Part shown: piece by piece, positions 18,817 to 27,746 of the stretch
How the letters are laid out: each line of letters starts with the position of its first letter
Numbering within the stretch: the first letter of the stretch is position 1
Assembly: GCA_023229165.1 (NCBI GenBank)
Contig: JALNZQ010000001.1
Span: 1-41,347, forward strand
Direction of reading: 5' to 3'
From: Methanothrix sp.
GTDB lineage: Archaea > Halobacteriota > Methanosarcinia > Methanotrichales > Methanotrichaceae
Length of the DNA: 41,347 bases
Made by a program: the position numbers and the translations under genes
The notes under the pieces: model-generated
Databases searched by the model: none
What the model saw: the letters and a program-made list of their open reading frames with translations, nothing else
What the model was told of the DNA's origin: nothing

Positions 18817-21612
18817 ATGATGTCTAAGAGATCTGTAGATAAGGGTGACAGTGGCAATAGAACCACGGTGAAGCCCAACGAGGCCAAGCCGCGGGAGGCC
18901 TCGTTCGTCCCCCTGGAAAAGAAGGCCAATGCGGCGGCCAAGGCCGGCATTTGGCAGAATAGCGATTTATATTTATACGCAGGATTGATCGTGGCGGCAC
19001 TTTTCTCATTTTATTTGCGCGCCATTGTTCCCTGGGATCGAGTCTTCTCGGGCAGCAGCGTCATATTCAGCAGCGAGACCGATGCCTGGTATCATATGAT
19101 GCTGGCCAAAGGCACTGTGATCAACCTGCAGAGATTATGGTTTGATCCAATGACTTATTTCCCTCATGGAACGCCGCTGCACTTTGGTCCTTTCGTGAGC
19201 TGGGCCATTACCGTATTCTCCTACATCTTCGGACTGGGCCAGCCCAGCAATCATCTGGTTGAGGTAGTGGGCGCCTTCTTGCCGGCAGTCCTTGGCGCAC
19301 TCCTGGTCTTCCCCGTCTACTTCATCGGAAGGGAGCTATGCGGCAAGAGCTGCGGCCTAGTTTCGGCACTGATCATTGCCGTGCTTCCCGGCCAGGTCTT
19401 AAGCCGCACCACTCTGGGTTTTACAGATCACCACGCGGCAGAGATCCTGTTTAGCAGCTTGACTATGATGTTCCTGCTCTTTGCACTTCGCTCCGGCAAG
19501 AGCATGACCTTTGCGGCTGTGCAGAGGAATTTGTCAGCATTTAAGTGGCCCCTCCTCTATTCCGCTCTGGCCGGTGTTTCCCTCGGTCTTTACATCGATG
19601 CCTGGTCATCCGGATTTCTCTTCGAGGGAATAATTCTGCTCTTCATTATGTTGCAGAGCATCTTTGACCACATCCGGGGAAAGAACGTGGAATACTTGGG
19701 TATATCCGGCGCAACGACTTTCCTCGTGGCCACGCTGCTGGTGCTCCCCTTTGTCGATTCCTACTACGGCTTCAACCATTATCTCTACAGTCTCTTCCAG
19801 CCCACCATACTTCTCCTGGGCGTGGTTGCAGTCGTCTTTTTCTCTGTCCTGTCCAGGTTCATCCGAGAAAAGGGATTCGAGAGCTACTACTATCCTGGCG
19901 CAATGGTGGGATTGGCGGCCATAGGTACGACCATACTTTACTTTGTCCTTCCTCAGTTCACCAGGCCGCTCTTGGCGGGACTTGCCATATTCCAGCAGAA
20001 GACGGGTGGAGCCGCAACTGTTGGTGAGGCATCGGCATTGTTCTCCAGCGGGGGACAGTTCACCTTTAGCAGTGTCATCACATCGTTTCCAGGAATCGGC
20101 TACAGCCCCGATCCTACGGCTGTATTCCGCCTGCCTGAGACCCTTGCTATCTTGTTTACAACTTTCACATTTGCTCTGATAGCGTTGATCTTGCTCATCT
20201 CCAGAAATGTCAAGTTCCAAAAGCCCGCTGAAATATTGATCTTGACCTGGTCTTTGATGATCCTCATCATGGCTCTCGCTCAGAACCGGTTCACCTATTA
20301 CTATGCGATAAACGTGGCCGTTCTCACCGGCTTTTTGGTAACAATGGTATTGCAGAGGGTCGGCGTCACGGATCTGAACCTGGATATAGTCAAGGACCCG
20401 GTCAAGCTGATCACCTCAAATCTCCAGATCATCCTGGCGGCAATTTTGATATTTTTGTTTATCCTTTTGCCAAGTCTTAGCTGGAGCATAGTATACGCTC
20501 AAAGTGCCGGCGGCCCGGATTCTGATTGGCTGACCTCAACGGCATGGCTACAGAACAATACGCCAGAGCCCGGTATGGACCTTTATGAGAAATATGAGCG
20601 GCCCGCCGGCGGCAAGTATGCCTATCCTGATACGGCTTACGGCATTATGTCCTGGTGGGATTACGGACACCTCATTGAATGTGTGGGCCATAGAATTCCC
20701 AATGCTAATCCTTTCCAGCAGGGAATAGGCAGCGTCACCACGAATGCTCCTGGCTCTTCGCCCTTCTTCTTAGCCGAGAATGAGAGCCAGGCGGAAGCAG
20801 TGCTGGCAGACCTTGATCTAAACCGTTCGCAATATCTCAACACCAAGTACGTGATGATCGATCAGCCCATGGCGGTAGGTAAGTTCCATGCCATGGCGGC
20901 CTGGAGCACCATTCCCACTTCCAAGTACATGGCTGGAGTCTACCAGCAGCAAGGCGACAGTTGGGTGCCTGTGCAGATCTGGCGCGAGTCCTATTTCAAG
21001 TCCATGGCGGCTCGCATGTACTTTTTCGACGGAACCGAGAATTCTGGAGAGACGGGAGTAGGACTGGCCTATCGCGCCAGGGATGCAGGAAATGGAGCTA
21101 CGGTTCCTGTGCTTACCGAGGCGCCCATGATCACTCGCAATCGCACTGAGCTGGAGGCGTTCATCAACGAGAGCCGAAATAAAGGGGACAATGCTGAGAT
21201 CGCTGCCATGACTCCTGCCAGTTCTGCCTTCCCGCTCGATGCCCTGCAGCATTACCGTCTGGTGCATGAGTCCGAGAATACCATAACCGCGGGTCAGAAG
21301 TTCGTCAAGATCTTCGAGCATGTGCCGGGAGTGGTTATTAGCGGAAATGCGCCTGCCGGAACTAAAGTTGTAGCCGCAATTCCCATCATGACCAATCAGA
21401 AGCGGGCTTTCATCTACCAGCAGTCCAACACCAGTGATGCCGACGGCCGGTTCACCCTGGTGCTTCCTTACTCTACGGAAGGCCCAATTGTCGGCGGCAC
21501 TAATTTCGATACTAAGCCCATGAGTGCCTACCAGTTGTCTGTGGGTGACAAGACCTACGAATTGAAGGTGCCTGAGGAGTACGTCCTCTCCGGAGCTGTC
21601 ATCACCGTATGA
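18817..21612 (+). CDS. aglB: Oligosaccharyltransferase AglB (STT3 family)
   Basis: Many TM segments, DAWYH, FDP.T.FP.G, GFTDHH, TVGE, RFTYY, catalytic WWDYG, NPFQQG. Confidence 0.95.
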   Translation: MMSKRSVDKGDSGNRTTVKPNEAKPREASFVPLEKKANAAAKAGIWQNSDLYLYAGLIVAALFSFYLRAIVPWDRVFSGSSVIFSSETDAWYHMMLAKGTVINLQRLWFDPMTYFPHGTPLHFGPFVSWAITVFSYIFGLGQPSNHLVEVVGAFLPAVLGALLVFPVYFIGRELCGKSCGLVSALIIAVLPGQVLSRTTLGFTDHHAAEILFSSLTMMFLLFALRSGKSMTFAAVQRNLSAFKWPLLYSALAGVSLGLYIDAWSSGFLFEGIILLFIMLQSIFDHIRGKNVEYLGISGATTFLVATLLVLPFVDSYYGFNHYLYSLFQPTILLLGVVAVVFFSVLSRFIREKGFESYYYPGAMVGLAAIGTTILYFVLPQFTRPLLAGLAIFQQKTGGAATVGEASALFSSGGQFTFSSVITSFPGIGYSPDPTAVFRLPETLAILFTTFTFALIALILLISRNVKFQKPAEILILTWSLMILIMALAQNRFTYYYAINVAVLTGFLVTMVLQRVGVTDLNLDIVKDPVKLITSNLQIILAAILIFLFILLPSLSWSIVYAQSAGGPDSDWLTSTAWLQNNTPEPGMDLYEKYERPAGGKYAYPDTAYGIMSWWDYGHLIECVGHRIPNANPFQQGIGSVTTNAPGSSPFFLAENESQAEAVLADLDLNRSQYLNTKYVMIDQPMAVGKFHAMAAWSTIPTSKYMAGVYQQQGDSWVPVQIWRESYFKSMAARMYFFDGTENSGETGVGLAYRARDAGNGATVPVLTEAPMITRNRTELEAFINESRNKGDNAEIAAMTPASSAFPLDALQHYRLVHESENTITAGQKFVKIFEHVPGVVISGNAPAGTKVVAAIPIMTNQKRAFIYQQSNTSDADGRFTLVLPYSTEGPIVGGTNFDTKPMSAYQLSVGDKTYELKVPEEYVLSGAVITV

Positions 21613-22325
21613 AGCTTCTGGAGGAGATGAGCTGGCCGCAGATCGTTGCAGGACTTAAGGAGACGCAAACTGTGATCCTGCCCGTGGGAGCAACCGAGGA
21701 GCATGGACCTCATCTGCCCACGATGACGGATACCATTCAGGCCGTGGAGGTGGCGCGCTCTGTCGCAAAAGGGCGCCACGTCTTCCTGGCCCCTCCCCTG
21801 CATTACGGAGTATGCCGCAGCACGCGGGGCTTTCCCGGCACCATCACCGTGGGGCACGATGCCCTGCGCGCCTTTGCCAGGGATCTGCTGCTCTCCTTTG
21901 CAGATAGCGGCTTTGCCAGGGTGCTGATTCTAACGGGCCACGCGGGAGGACAGCACATGGCGGCTCTCGAGGAGGCCTGTCAGATGGCTGTGGAAGAGCG
22001 CGATTTCTGCGTGAGCCTGGTGTCTTTGTTCGACCTGATTGATGCCGGGGCGGTTGAAACCCCTCACGACGGGCATGCCGGGGAGATGGAGACCTCGCTC
22101 ATGATGAATATTCGTCCCGATCTGGTCAAAGGGAGGCCTGAGAAGCATTTCCCGAAAAGGCCGCGGTTCCTGGTCATGAAGGACGTGCGCAGCCTTATGG
22201 GAAACGGTGTCATGGGCAATCCCCAGCCGGCAACGCTAGAGAAAGGAAAGCAGTTCTTCCAGATGGCTGTGACCGGTGTCATGGGTGCCCTGGATGAGCT
22301 GGAGAGCGACGTCTGGAAAAAGTGA
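21609..22325 (+). CDS. Creatininase/ArfB-family amidohydrolase
   Basis: LPVGATEEHGPHLP..TD, GHAGG, HAGEMETS. Confidence 0.9.
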   Translation: MKLLEEMSWPQIVAGLKETQTVILPVGATEEHGPHLPTMTDTIQAVEVARSVAKGRHVFLAPPLHYGVCRSTRGFPGTITVGHDALRAFARDLLLSFADSGFARVLILTGHAGGQHMAALEEACQMAVEERDFCVSLVSLFDLIDAGAVETPHDGHAGEMETSLMMNIRPDLVKGRPEKHFPKRPRFLVMKDVRSLMGNGVMGNPQPATLEKGKQFFQMAVTGVMGALDELESDVWKK

Positions 22326-22607
22326 TCCCGCTCCGACTCGTCTCTTTTTTCCTTATATCTTTTATTTCTGCGATTCTTCTCCGGGCTCTCTTTCGGCTAT
22401 TCGACAGGTTTATAACTTATCAATCTAACCGGAAAAACCGTGCCTGGGAAGACTGCTAAATGTTCATTTGTCAATCATGAAATCAGGCTTTTAAAGCCGG
22501 AGAGGCTAGCTTCGGGCATCTTCGGGCATTTAGTCTTTTCTTTCTTTTGATGGGGGCGAGAGGGCAAGAGAGCCTTGCTCTGATCCGCCCGATTGTGGGA
22601 TGGTGTT

Positions 22608-24104
22608 ATGTTATCTAAAAATGATGAAAAAGTTTTGGAAGCGATATCTGAAGGAGATTCTGATCCTCAGAGCATTGCCGATAAGCTGGGAATGAAAGTA
22701 GAGGCGGTGCGAGCCTCGGCTGATGCTTTGGGCGAGCAAGACCTAATCAAGGTGACAAAGTCAGTAGCTGAGATTGTCTCTCTGACAGAAGAAGGCACAA
22801 AGTACGCCAAAGAGGGGCTTCCAGAGAGAAATCTTCTCCAGTCATTGGGATCAGGCAAGCCCATTTCCGAGCTGAAAGATCCTGCACTCAAGATCGGCCT
22901 GGGGTGGCTGCGCAAGAAGAACTGGGCCACGATTCAAGGGGGCGTGATCAAGCCGCTGGACTCTGCCACTATGGGCTTGGACGAGGTGATGCTGCAAGAT
23001 CTGCTGGCCGGAGCGAAGAACATTGCGGATCTGCATAAAAAGAGCCTAGCCGATCTTAAGAGCCGGGCGCTGGTTGCCTCCAGCAAGAGCAAAGAGTGGA
23101 GGTATGTGATCACTGGATCTGGTAGGTCGTTAGCAGAATCCAACAAGAAATACAGTGAATCAAGTACTGCATTTGGATACAGCAATATATCATATTTGGA
23201 AAAAGTAACCTCTGAAGTCATAAAAAATGGCATATGGGATGGAAAGTATGTCACGATAGACGGAAATCGATATGAATTCCGTCCCTACGACGTCACCCTC
23301 GCAGCCGATCGGATCATCCCCGGCAAGAAGCACCCCTACCAGAGGCTCATCGATTTCATGCGGGAGATCATGCTGGAGATGGGGTTTGTGGAGATCAAGG
23401 GTCAGATAGTGCAGTCCAGCTTCTGGAACTTCGATGCTCTCTTCCAGCCGCAAGACCATCCTGCCCGAGAGATGCAGGACACCTTCTATCTGGACAGCCT
23501 GGCCGATATTCCCGACTACTCCCGGGTCAAAGAGATGCATGAATGCGGAGGAGCCGGATCTGCTGGCTGGGGGGGATGCTGGAAGCCGGAGGTGGCCCGT
23601 CAGGAGGTGCTGCGAACGCATACTACGGGAGTGACCATAAAGTATCTGGCCGAACACCCCGAGCCGCCGGTCAAGGCCTTCGGCATAGATCGCGTCTACC
23701 GGCGCGAGGCCATAGACGCCACCCACACCCCGGAGTTCGAGCAGCTGGAAGGCATTGTAATGGACAGGGATGTGACGTTCTCTCATCTTCTGGGCATCTT
23801 GAAGGAATTTTATGCCAAGATGGGTTTTGAGGAGGTACGCTTCCGGCCGGGCTACTTCCCCTACACCGAGCCCTCCGTCGAGCCGGAGGTCTTCATAGAA
23901 GGCCTCGGATGGGTGGAGCTGGGCGGAGCGGGAGTCTTCCGAAAAGAGGTCACGGCGCCCTTCGGCATCGAGCATCCCGTGCTGGCCTGGGGCCTGGGAG
24001 TCTCGCGGGTGGCCATGCTTAAGCTGGGGCTCAAAGATCTGCGATTGCTCTATCAGTCAGATATCGAGTGGCTACGCGAAACGCCCGTTTCCATCAAGCT
24101 TTGA
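22608..24104 (+). CDS. pheS: Phenylalanine--tRNA ligase alpha subunit
   Basis: GLPE, FWNFDALFQPQDHPAREMQDTF, RTHTT, YFPYTEPS, AWGLG. Confidence 0.97.
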   Translation: MLSKNDEKVLEAISEGDSDPQSIADKLGMKVEAVRASADALGEQDLIKVTKSVAEIVSLTEEGTKYAKEGLPERNLLQSLGSGKPISELKDPALKIGLGWLRKKNWATIQGGVIKPLDSATMGLDEVMLQDLLAGAKNIADLHKKSLADLKSRALVASSKSKEWRYVITGSGRSLAESNKKYSESSTAFGYSNISYLEKVTSEVIKNGIWDGKYVTIDGNRYEFRPYDVTLAADRIIPGKKHPYQRLIDFMREIMLEMGFVEIKGQIVQSSFWNFDALFQPQDHPAREMQDTFYLDSLADIPDYSRVKEMHECGGAGSAGWGGCWKPEVARQEVLRTHTTGVTIKYLAEHPEPPVKAFGIDRVYRREAIDATHTPEFEQLEGIVMDRDVTFSHLLGILKEFYAKMGFEEVRFRPGYFPYTEPSVEPEVFIEGLGWVELGGAGVFRKEVTAPFGIEHPVLAWGLGVSRVAMLKLGLKDLRLLYQSDIEWLRETPVSIKL

Positions 24105-24117
24105 AGGGGGATTAATC

Positions 24118-25740
24118 ATGCCGGTTGTCAGACTTTATTACGAGGATATGGAGAGGCTGATTGGAGCCTCTCGGGATACAATCATGGGCCGGCTGGCCAT
24201 GATGGGTGCAGACATTGGAAAGAGAGCGGAAGAGGAGCACGTGGATGTGGAGTTTTTCCCGGATCGGCCCGATCTCTACAGCGCCGAGGGCGTGGCCAGA
24301 GCCATGCAGGGCTTTTTGGGCCTCAAGACGGGGCTGGTGGAGTATCCCGTCGAGGAAGGCCCCATCGTCCTGCAGGTGGAGGAATCGGTAAAATCGGTGC
24401 GCCCCATCATCGGCTGCGCCGTGGTGCGGGGCCTATCGTTCACAAGCGAGGCCATTGAGTCACTAATGGGCCTGCAAGAGGATCTGCACTGGGGTCTGGG
24501 CAGAAACAGGCGCAAAGTGGCCATCGGCGTGCATGACCTATCTCGCGTCACGCCGCCCTTCCGCTACTTTGGGGAAGATCCTGCCCGAAAGTTTGTGCCC
24601 CTGGACTTTACCGAAGAGATGAGCATGCAGGAGATCCTGCAAAAGCACCCCAAGGGCAAGGGTTACGGGCATATCCTGCAAGGGTGCGAGCGCTATCCGC
24701 TCATTGTGGACTGTAAAGATCAGGTGCTCTCTTTCCCGCCCATCATCAACGGCGAGCTGACCAGCGTCACGGAAGAGACAGAGGATCTCTTCATTGACGT
24801 TACGGGAACGGATGGCATGGTGCACAAAGCCCTGAACATAGTAGTAACCTCTCTGGCGGAGAGGGGCGGCAGGATCGAGAGCGTTGTCGTCAAGAGAAGC
24901 GAGGGCGATTTCGTCTCCCCCAATCTGCAGCCGTCTAGCTGGACAGTAAGGGCGGCGGAGGCCAACAAGCTGATCGGCTTTGATCTGAAGCCCCCGGAGC
25001 TGGCCGAATGCCTGCGGCGGATGCGATTTGGGGCAGTCGCGAATGGCAGCGAGGTGAGGGTGCAGGTTCCTGCCTACCGGGCGGACATAATGCACTCCTG
25101 GGACATCTTCGAGGACGCGGCCAAGGCTTATGGCTTTGACCGGCTGGATGCCTGCCTCCCTGGTACGGTGACTGTAGGACGCGCTCACCCTTCGGAGTTA
25201 CGCAAAGCCGAGATTCGCGAGGTAATGGCAGGCCTAGGCTATTTGGAGACCATGCCTTTCACTCTGACCAATGAAAAGATGCATTTCCAGTGGATGAGGC
25301 GCTCGCCAAAGGGCGCAGGCGTGGTTGCCGTGCTGCATCCTATCAGCGAACTGCACACAATCCTGCGCACCTCGCTTCTCTCCAGCCTTCTGGAGATCTT
25401 TGCCATGAACCAGCATCATCCTCTGCCCCAGAGGATATTTGCCGCGGGAGATGTGGTGGTGGAGAAGAAGACTCGCATGCATCTGGCTGCAGCCAGCATT
25501 CACAGCGGGGCCAATTTCTCGGAGGTTCGCTCGGCCGTCGATGCCGTGCTGCGGGAACTGGCCATCGAGGCAGAGATTGTTCCTTCTCAGGACGGAGCGC
25601 TTCTGCCAGGAAGGGGTGGCGATCTACTGGTCGGCGGCCAAAAGATCGGATGCTTTGGAGAGCTGCATCCCTTGGTTTTAGGGAGCTTCGGCCTGGAGCA
25701 GCCAGCGGTAGGGCTGGAGATCGAGTGGGGTGAGCTCTGA
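24118..25740 (+). CDS. pheT: Phenylalanine--tRNA ligase beta subunit
   Basis: DRPDL, QEDLH, AIGVHD, SFPPIIN, YRADIMH..DIFED, GELHP. Confidence 0.97.
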   Translation: MPVVRLYYEDMERLIGASRDTIMGRLAMMGADIGKRAEEEHVDVEFFPDRPDLYSAEGVARAMQGFLGLKTGLVEYPVEEGPIVLQVEESVKSVRPIIGCAVVRGLSFTSEAIESLMGLQEDLHWGLGRNRRKVAIGVHDLSRVTPPFRYFGEDPARKFVPLDFTEEMSMQEILQKHPKGKGYGHILQGCERYPLIVDCKDQVLSFPPIINGELTSVTEETEDLFIDVTGTDGMVHKALNIVVTSLAERGGRIESVVVKRSEGDFVSPNLQPSSWTVRAAEANKLIGFDLKPPELAECLRRMRFGAVANGSEVRVQVPAYRADIMHSWDIFEDAAKAYGFDRLDACLPGTVTVGRAHPSELRKAEIREVMAGLGYLETMPFTLTNEKMHFQWMRRSPKGAGVVAVLHPISELHTILRTSLLSSLLEIFAMNQHHPLPQRIFAAGDVVVEKKTRMHLAAASIHSGANFSEVRSAVDAVLRELAIEAEIVPSQDGALLPGRGGDLLVGGQKIGCFGELHPLVLGSFGLEQPAVGLEIEWGEL

Positions 25741-25850
25741 AAGGAGCTTACCATTAATTTTTTCTTCTTTTGTCTCCTTTGGAAAATGGATCAGATTTAT
25801 CTGCCTATAACTGCAATAATATGTCTTGTCTATAATGGAATGAGGCTGCT

Positions 25851-26231
25851 ATGAAGGTTCGAGATCTGATGAGCTATCCCATTGCCACTGTGCGCCCGGA
25901 GGCCACGGTGCTGGAGGCCATAAAAAGGATGGCGGCTGAGAAGAGGGGCAGCGTGCTGGTGGCCAGGGACGGCCTTCTCAAGGAATGCCTGGGCATTGTC
26001 ACCACCAGCCGGATCTTCCTTAAGGTCTTTGCCGAGGGGCGCGATGCAAGCCGGGTATCCGTCTCAGAGATCATGACCCCAGGGCCGCTGGTCACCATTG
26101 ACCTGGATGCCAGCACCGAGGAAGCGGCGCGGCTGATGCGAGAGCACAGCATTCGAAGGCTTCCTGTGATGAAGGGCGGGGCGCTGGTGGGAATCATCAC
26201 CAGCAAGGATTTGCTGGAATGCGTGGTGTGA
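25851..26231 (+). CDS. CBS-pair protein
   Basis: VRDLMS, IRRLPV....LVGIITSKDL. Confidence 0.9.
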   Translation: MKVRDLMSYPIATVRPEATVLEAIKRMAAEKRGSVLVARDGLLKECLGIVTTSRIFLKVFAEGRDASRVSVSEIMTPGPLVTIDLDASTEEAARLMREHSIRRLPVMKGGALVGIITSKDLLECVV

Positions 26232-26290
26232 TCCTGCTAGAAAAGGAATGCGTAATTTTGGCACACTTCTGCCGGTGGGCAAACGCAGAA

Positions 26291-26298
26291 TTTAAATA
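26291..26298 (+). promoter_or_regulatory. TATA box of the tRNA-Ser locus
   Basis: TTTAAATA, ending 26 nt upstream of the tRNA 5' end. Confidence 0.65.
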
Positions 26299-26324
26299 GC
26301 CTAAGTGTCAAGTGCCTGAGGTAA

Positions 26325-26368
26325 GTCGAGGTTGCCTAGCCTGGTAAGGCGCAGGTTTGCTAAACCTG
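26325..26368 (+). pseudogene. 5' half of tRNA-Ser(GCT); probable left att junction
   Basis: GTCGAGG acceptor 5' strand, D arm GCCT...AGGC, anticodon arm CAGGT-TTGCTAA-ACCTG. No variable arm, T arm or 3' acceptor follows, and GC content drops here. Confidence 0.88.
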
Positions 26369-26618
26369 GTTTAGTCTCTATACTTGTGAATTTTGGCTAG
26401 GCTTTCGCAGTTTGCGTTTGCCTTTCCTCCGATAGAAAAAGACTCTTTTTAAGGTAATAAACTTTTCCGCAGCATTAAGTAATTTCTCGCTGCCATCGAA
26501 CTTAATAATTTTTAGAAGATTCATAATGTTATATGGACTTGTGAAGGGAATATGCATGGAAATATACTCATTTTTCTAAGGAAGGCGCTAGGGATAAATA
26601 TGAAAGATACTTAGTGCT

Positions 26619-27095
26619 GTGATAACGGAGGAAATTTGCTTGACTGAATTAGATGAATTATTAAAAAATATAGACAAGTGTGTAGATCCAAAGAACATTA
26701 TAAAAGCTCTAAATGAAATAAAATCAAAAAATGAATCGAAAAATGAATCAGAGATTGAGCGTCTAGCTATGCAGATTTTTTCGATACTTCAAACATTAAA
26801 ATCGTTTGATGAGCCCCAAAGAAGTGAAATTGAACGGCACACATTAGATGCAATCGTAGCTTTAAGTGATGTAAAATACTATCCAATATACTATTCAATG
26901 ATGGAAATCTTGGATGCAGATAATCCTGATATGGATGTGAATAAGCGTTTAAATGCTGTGAAAGTATTAGGTCGTTTCTTGGCTGCTAAAAAGGAAAACA
27001 TTGAGGAAATAAAATTTGAGCTAGAAAGAATCTCAAAAGAAGACGGAGATTCAAAGGTAGAATCGAGAGCCAAATTGTTATTAGAAAGATTCTAA
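26619..27095 (+). CDS. Hypothetical alpha-helical (HEAT-like) protein
   Basis: KRLNAVKVLG and EDGDSKVESRAKLLL resemble HEAT repeats. Confidence 0.6.
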   Translation: MITEEICLTELDELLKNIDKCVDPKNIIKALNEIKSKNESKNESEIERLAMQIFSILQTLKSFDEPQRSEIERHTLDAIVALSDVKYYPIYYSMMEILDADNPDMDVNKRLNAVKVLGRFLAAKKENIEEIKFELERISKEDGDSKVESRAKLLLERF

Positions 27096-27179
27096 TCCTA
27101 TTTTTATTTAATTCAGAATTTTAAATATACGGTTAAGATACCTCAAACATACTTTGTAATTGTTAATGAGGTAACTAAA

Positions 27180-27359
27180 ATGATCGACTATTCGGACGTT
27201 CAAAAGTATCAACTGACAGAAAGCCAAAAGACTAGAATTTCAAAACTAATGCAAGAATTTGGCTTTGAAAATGTGGAAGCATTTGTAGATTTGATGATAG
27301 GCCATGAATACTTTGGCTTAGATAGAATTAGACGCGAGGCAGCAGGTGTCAGAAAGTGA
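27180..27359 (+). CDS. Small protein (59 aa), possible ribbon-helix-helix regulator
   Basis: GAGGT RBS; MIDYSDVQKYQLTESQKTRISKLMQEFGFENVEAFVDLMIG...; below the ORF-track cutoff. Confidence 0.6.
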   Translation: MIDYSDVQKYQLTESQKTRISKLMQEFGFENVEAFVDLMIGHEYFGLDRIRREAAGVRK

Positions 27360-27481
27360 AAACTAACCTAATTGAGTATTTTTATCACCAATTAAAGAGA
27401 AAAATAACTAAATTAGTAGAATTTATATTAAAACCAAATGTTTATATAGTATGTGCTTCGTAATTATATTGGGGTTTGCAT

Positions 27482-27649
27482 ATGACAGAGCGAATTGTTA
27501 AACAATCGACAACGTTTGATATGAGACTTGAACCGCGTGTTAAAAAAGCTCTTGAACAGATAGCTGATTTTTACGGCTTATCACAATCAGGATGGTTAAG
27601 AATGATGATTTTGAGAGAGGTTAAACAGATAGATACTCCAAAAGCTTAA
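27482..27649 (+). CDS. Ribbon-helix-helix (CopG/RelB-like) DNA-binding protein (55 aa)
   Basis: TTFDMRLEPRVKKALEQIADFYGLSQSGWLRMMI; TTTATATA box at 27441-27448. Confidence 0.78.
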   Translation: MTERIVKQSTTFDMRLEPRVKKALEQIADFYGLSQSGWLRMMILREVKQIDTPKA

Positions 27650-27746
27650 AGGTAATTGTTGAAAAGTTTTTTGAATACATTTTCACAATATGCTTAGGCT
27701 ATCTATTTGCTCTTTTTGCGTATTGTGATGTTGTGGGGTTTTAAAA

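Noticed and set aside
19606-25733. Long antisense or alternate-frame ORFs in aglB, pheS and pheT (e.g. 23190-23975, 24538-25188)
   Set aside because: Shadow ORFs expected in GC-rich coding DNA; no recognisable motifs
26325-26368. Intron-containing or trans-spliced split tRNA-Ser
   Set aside because: The break is after the anticodon stem rather than at 37/38, I see no bulge-helix-bulge or nearby 3' half, and it coincides with the element boundary
26378-26557. 59-aa minus-strand ORF (MHIPFTSP...) next to the att junction
   Set aside because: No clear RBS or motif; cannot be supported as a gene
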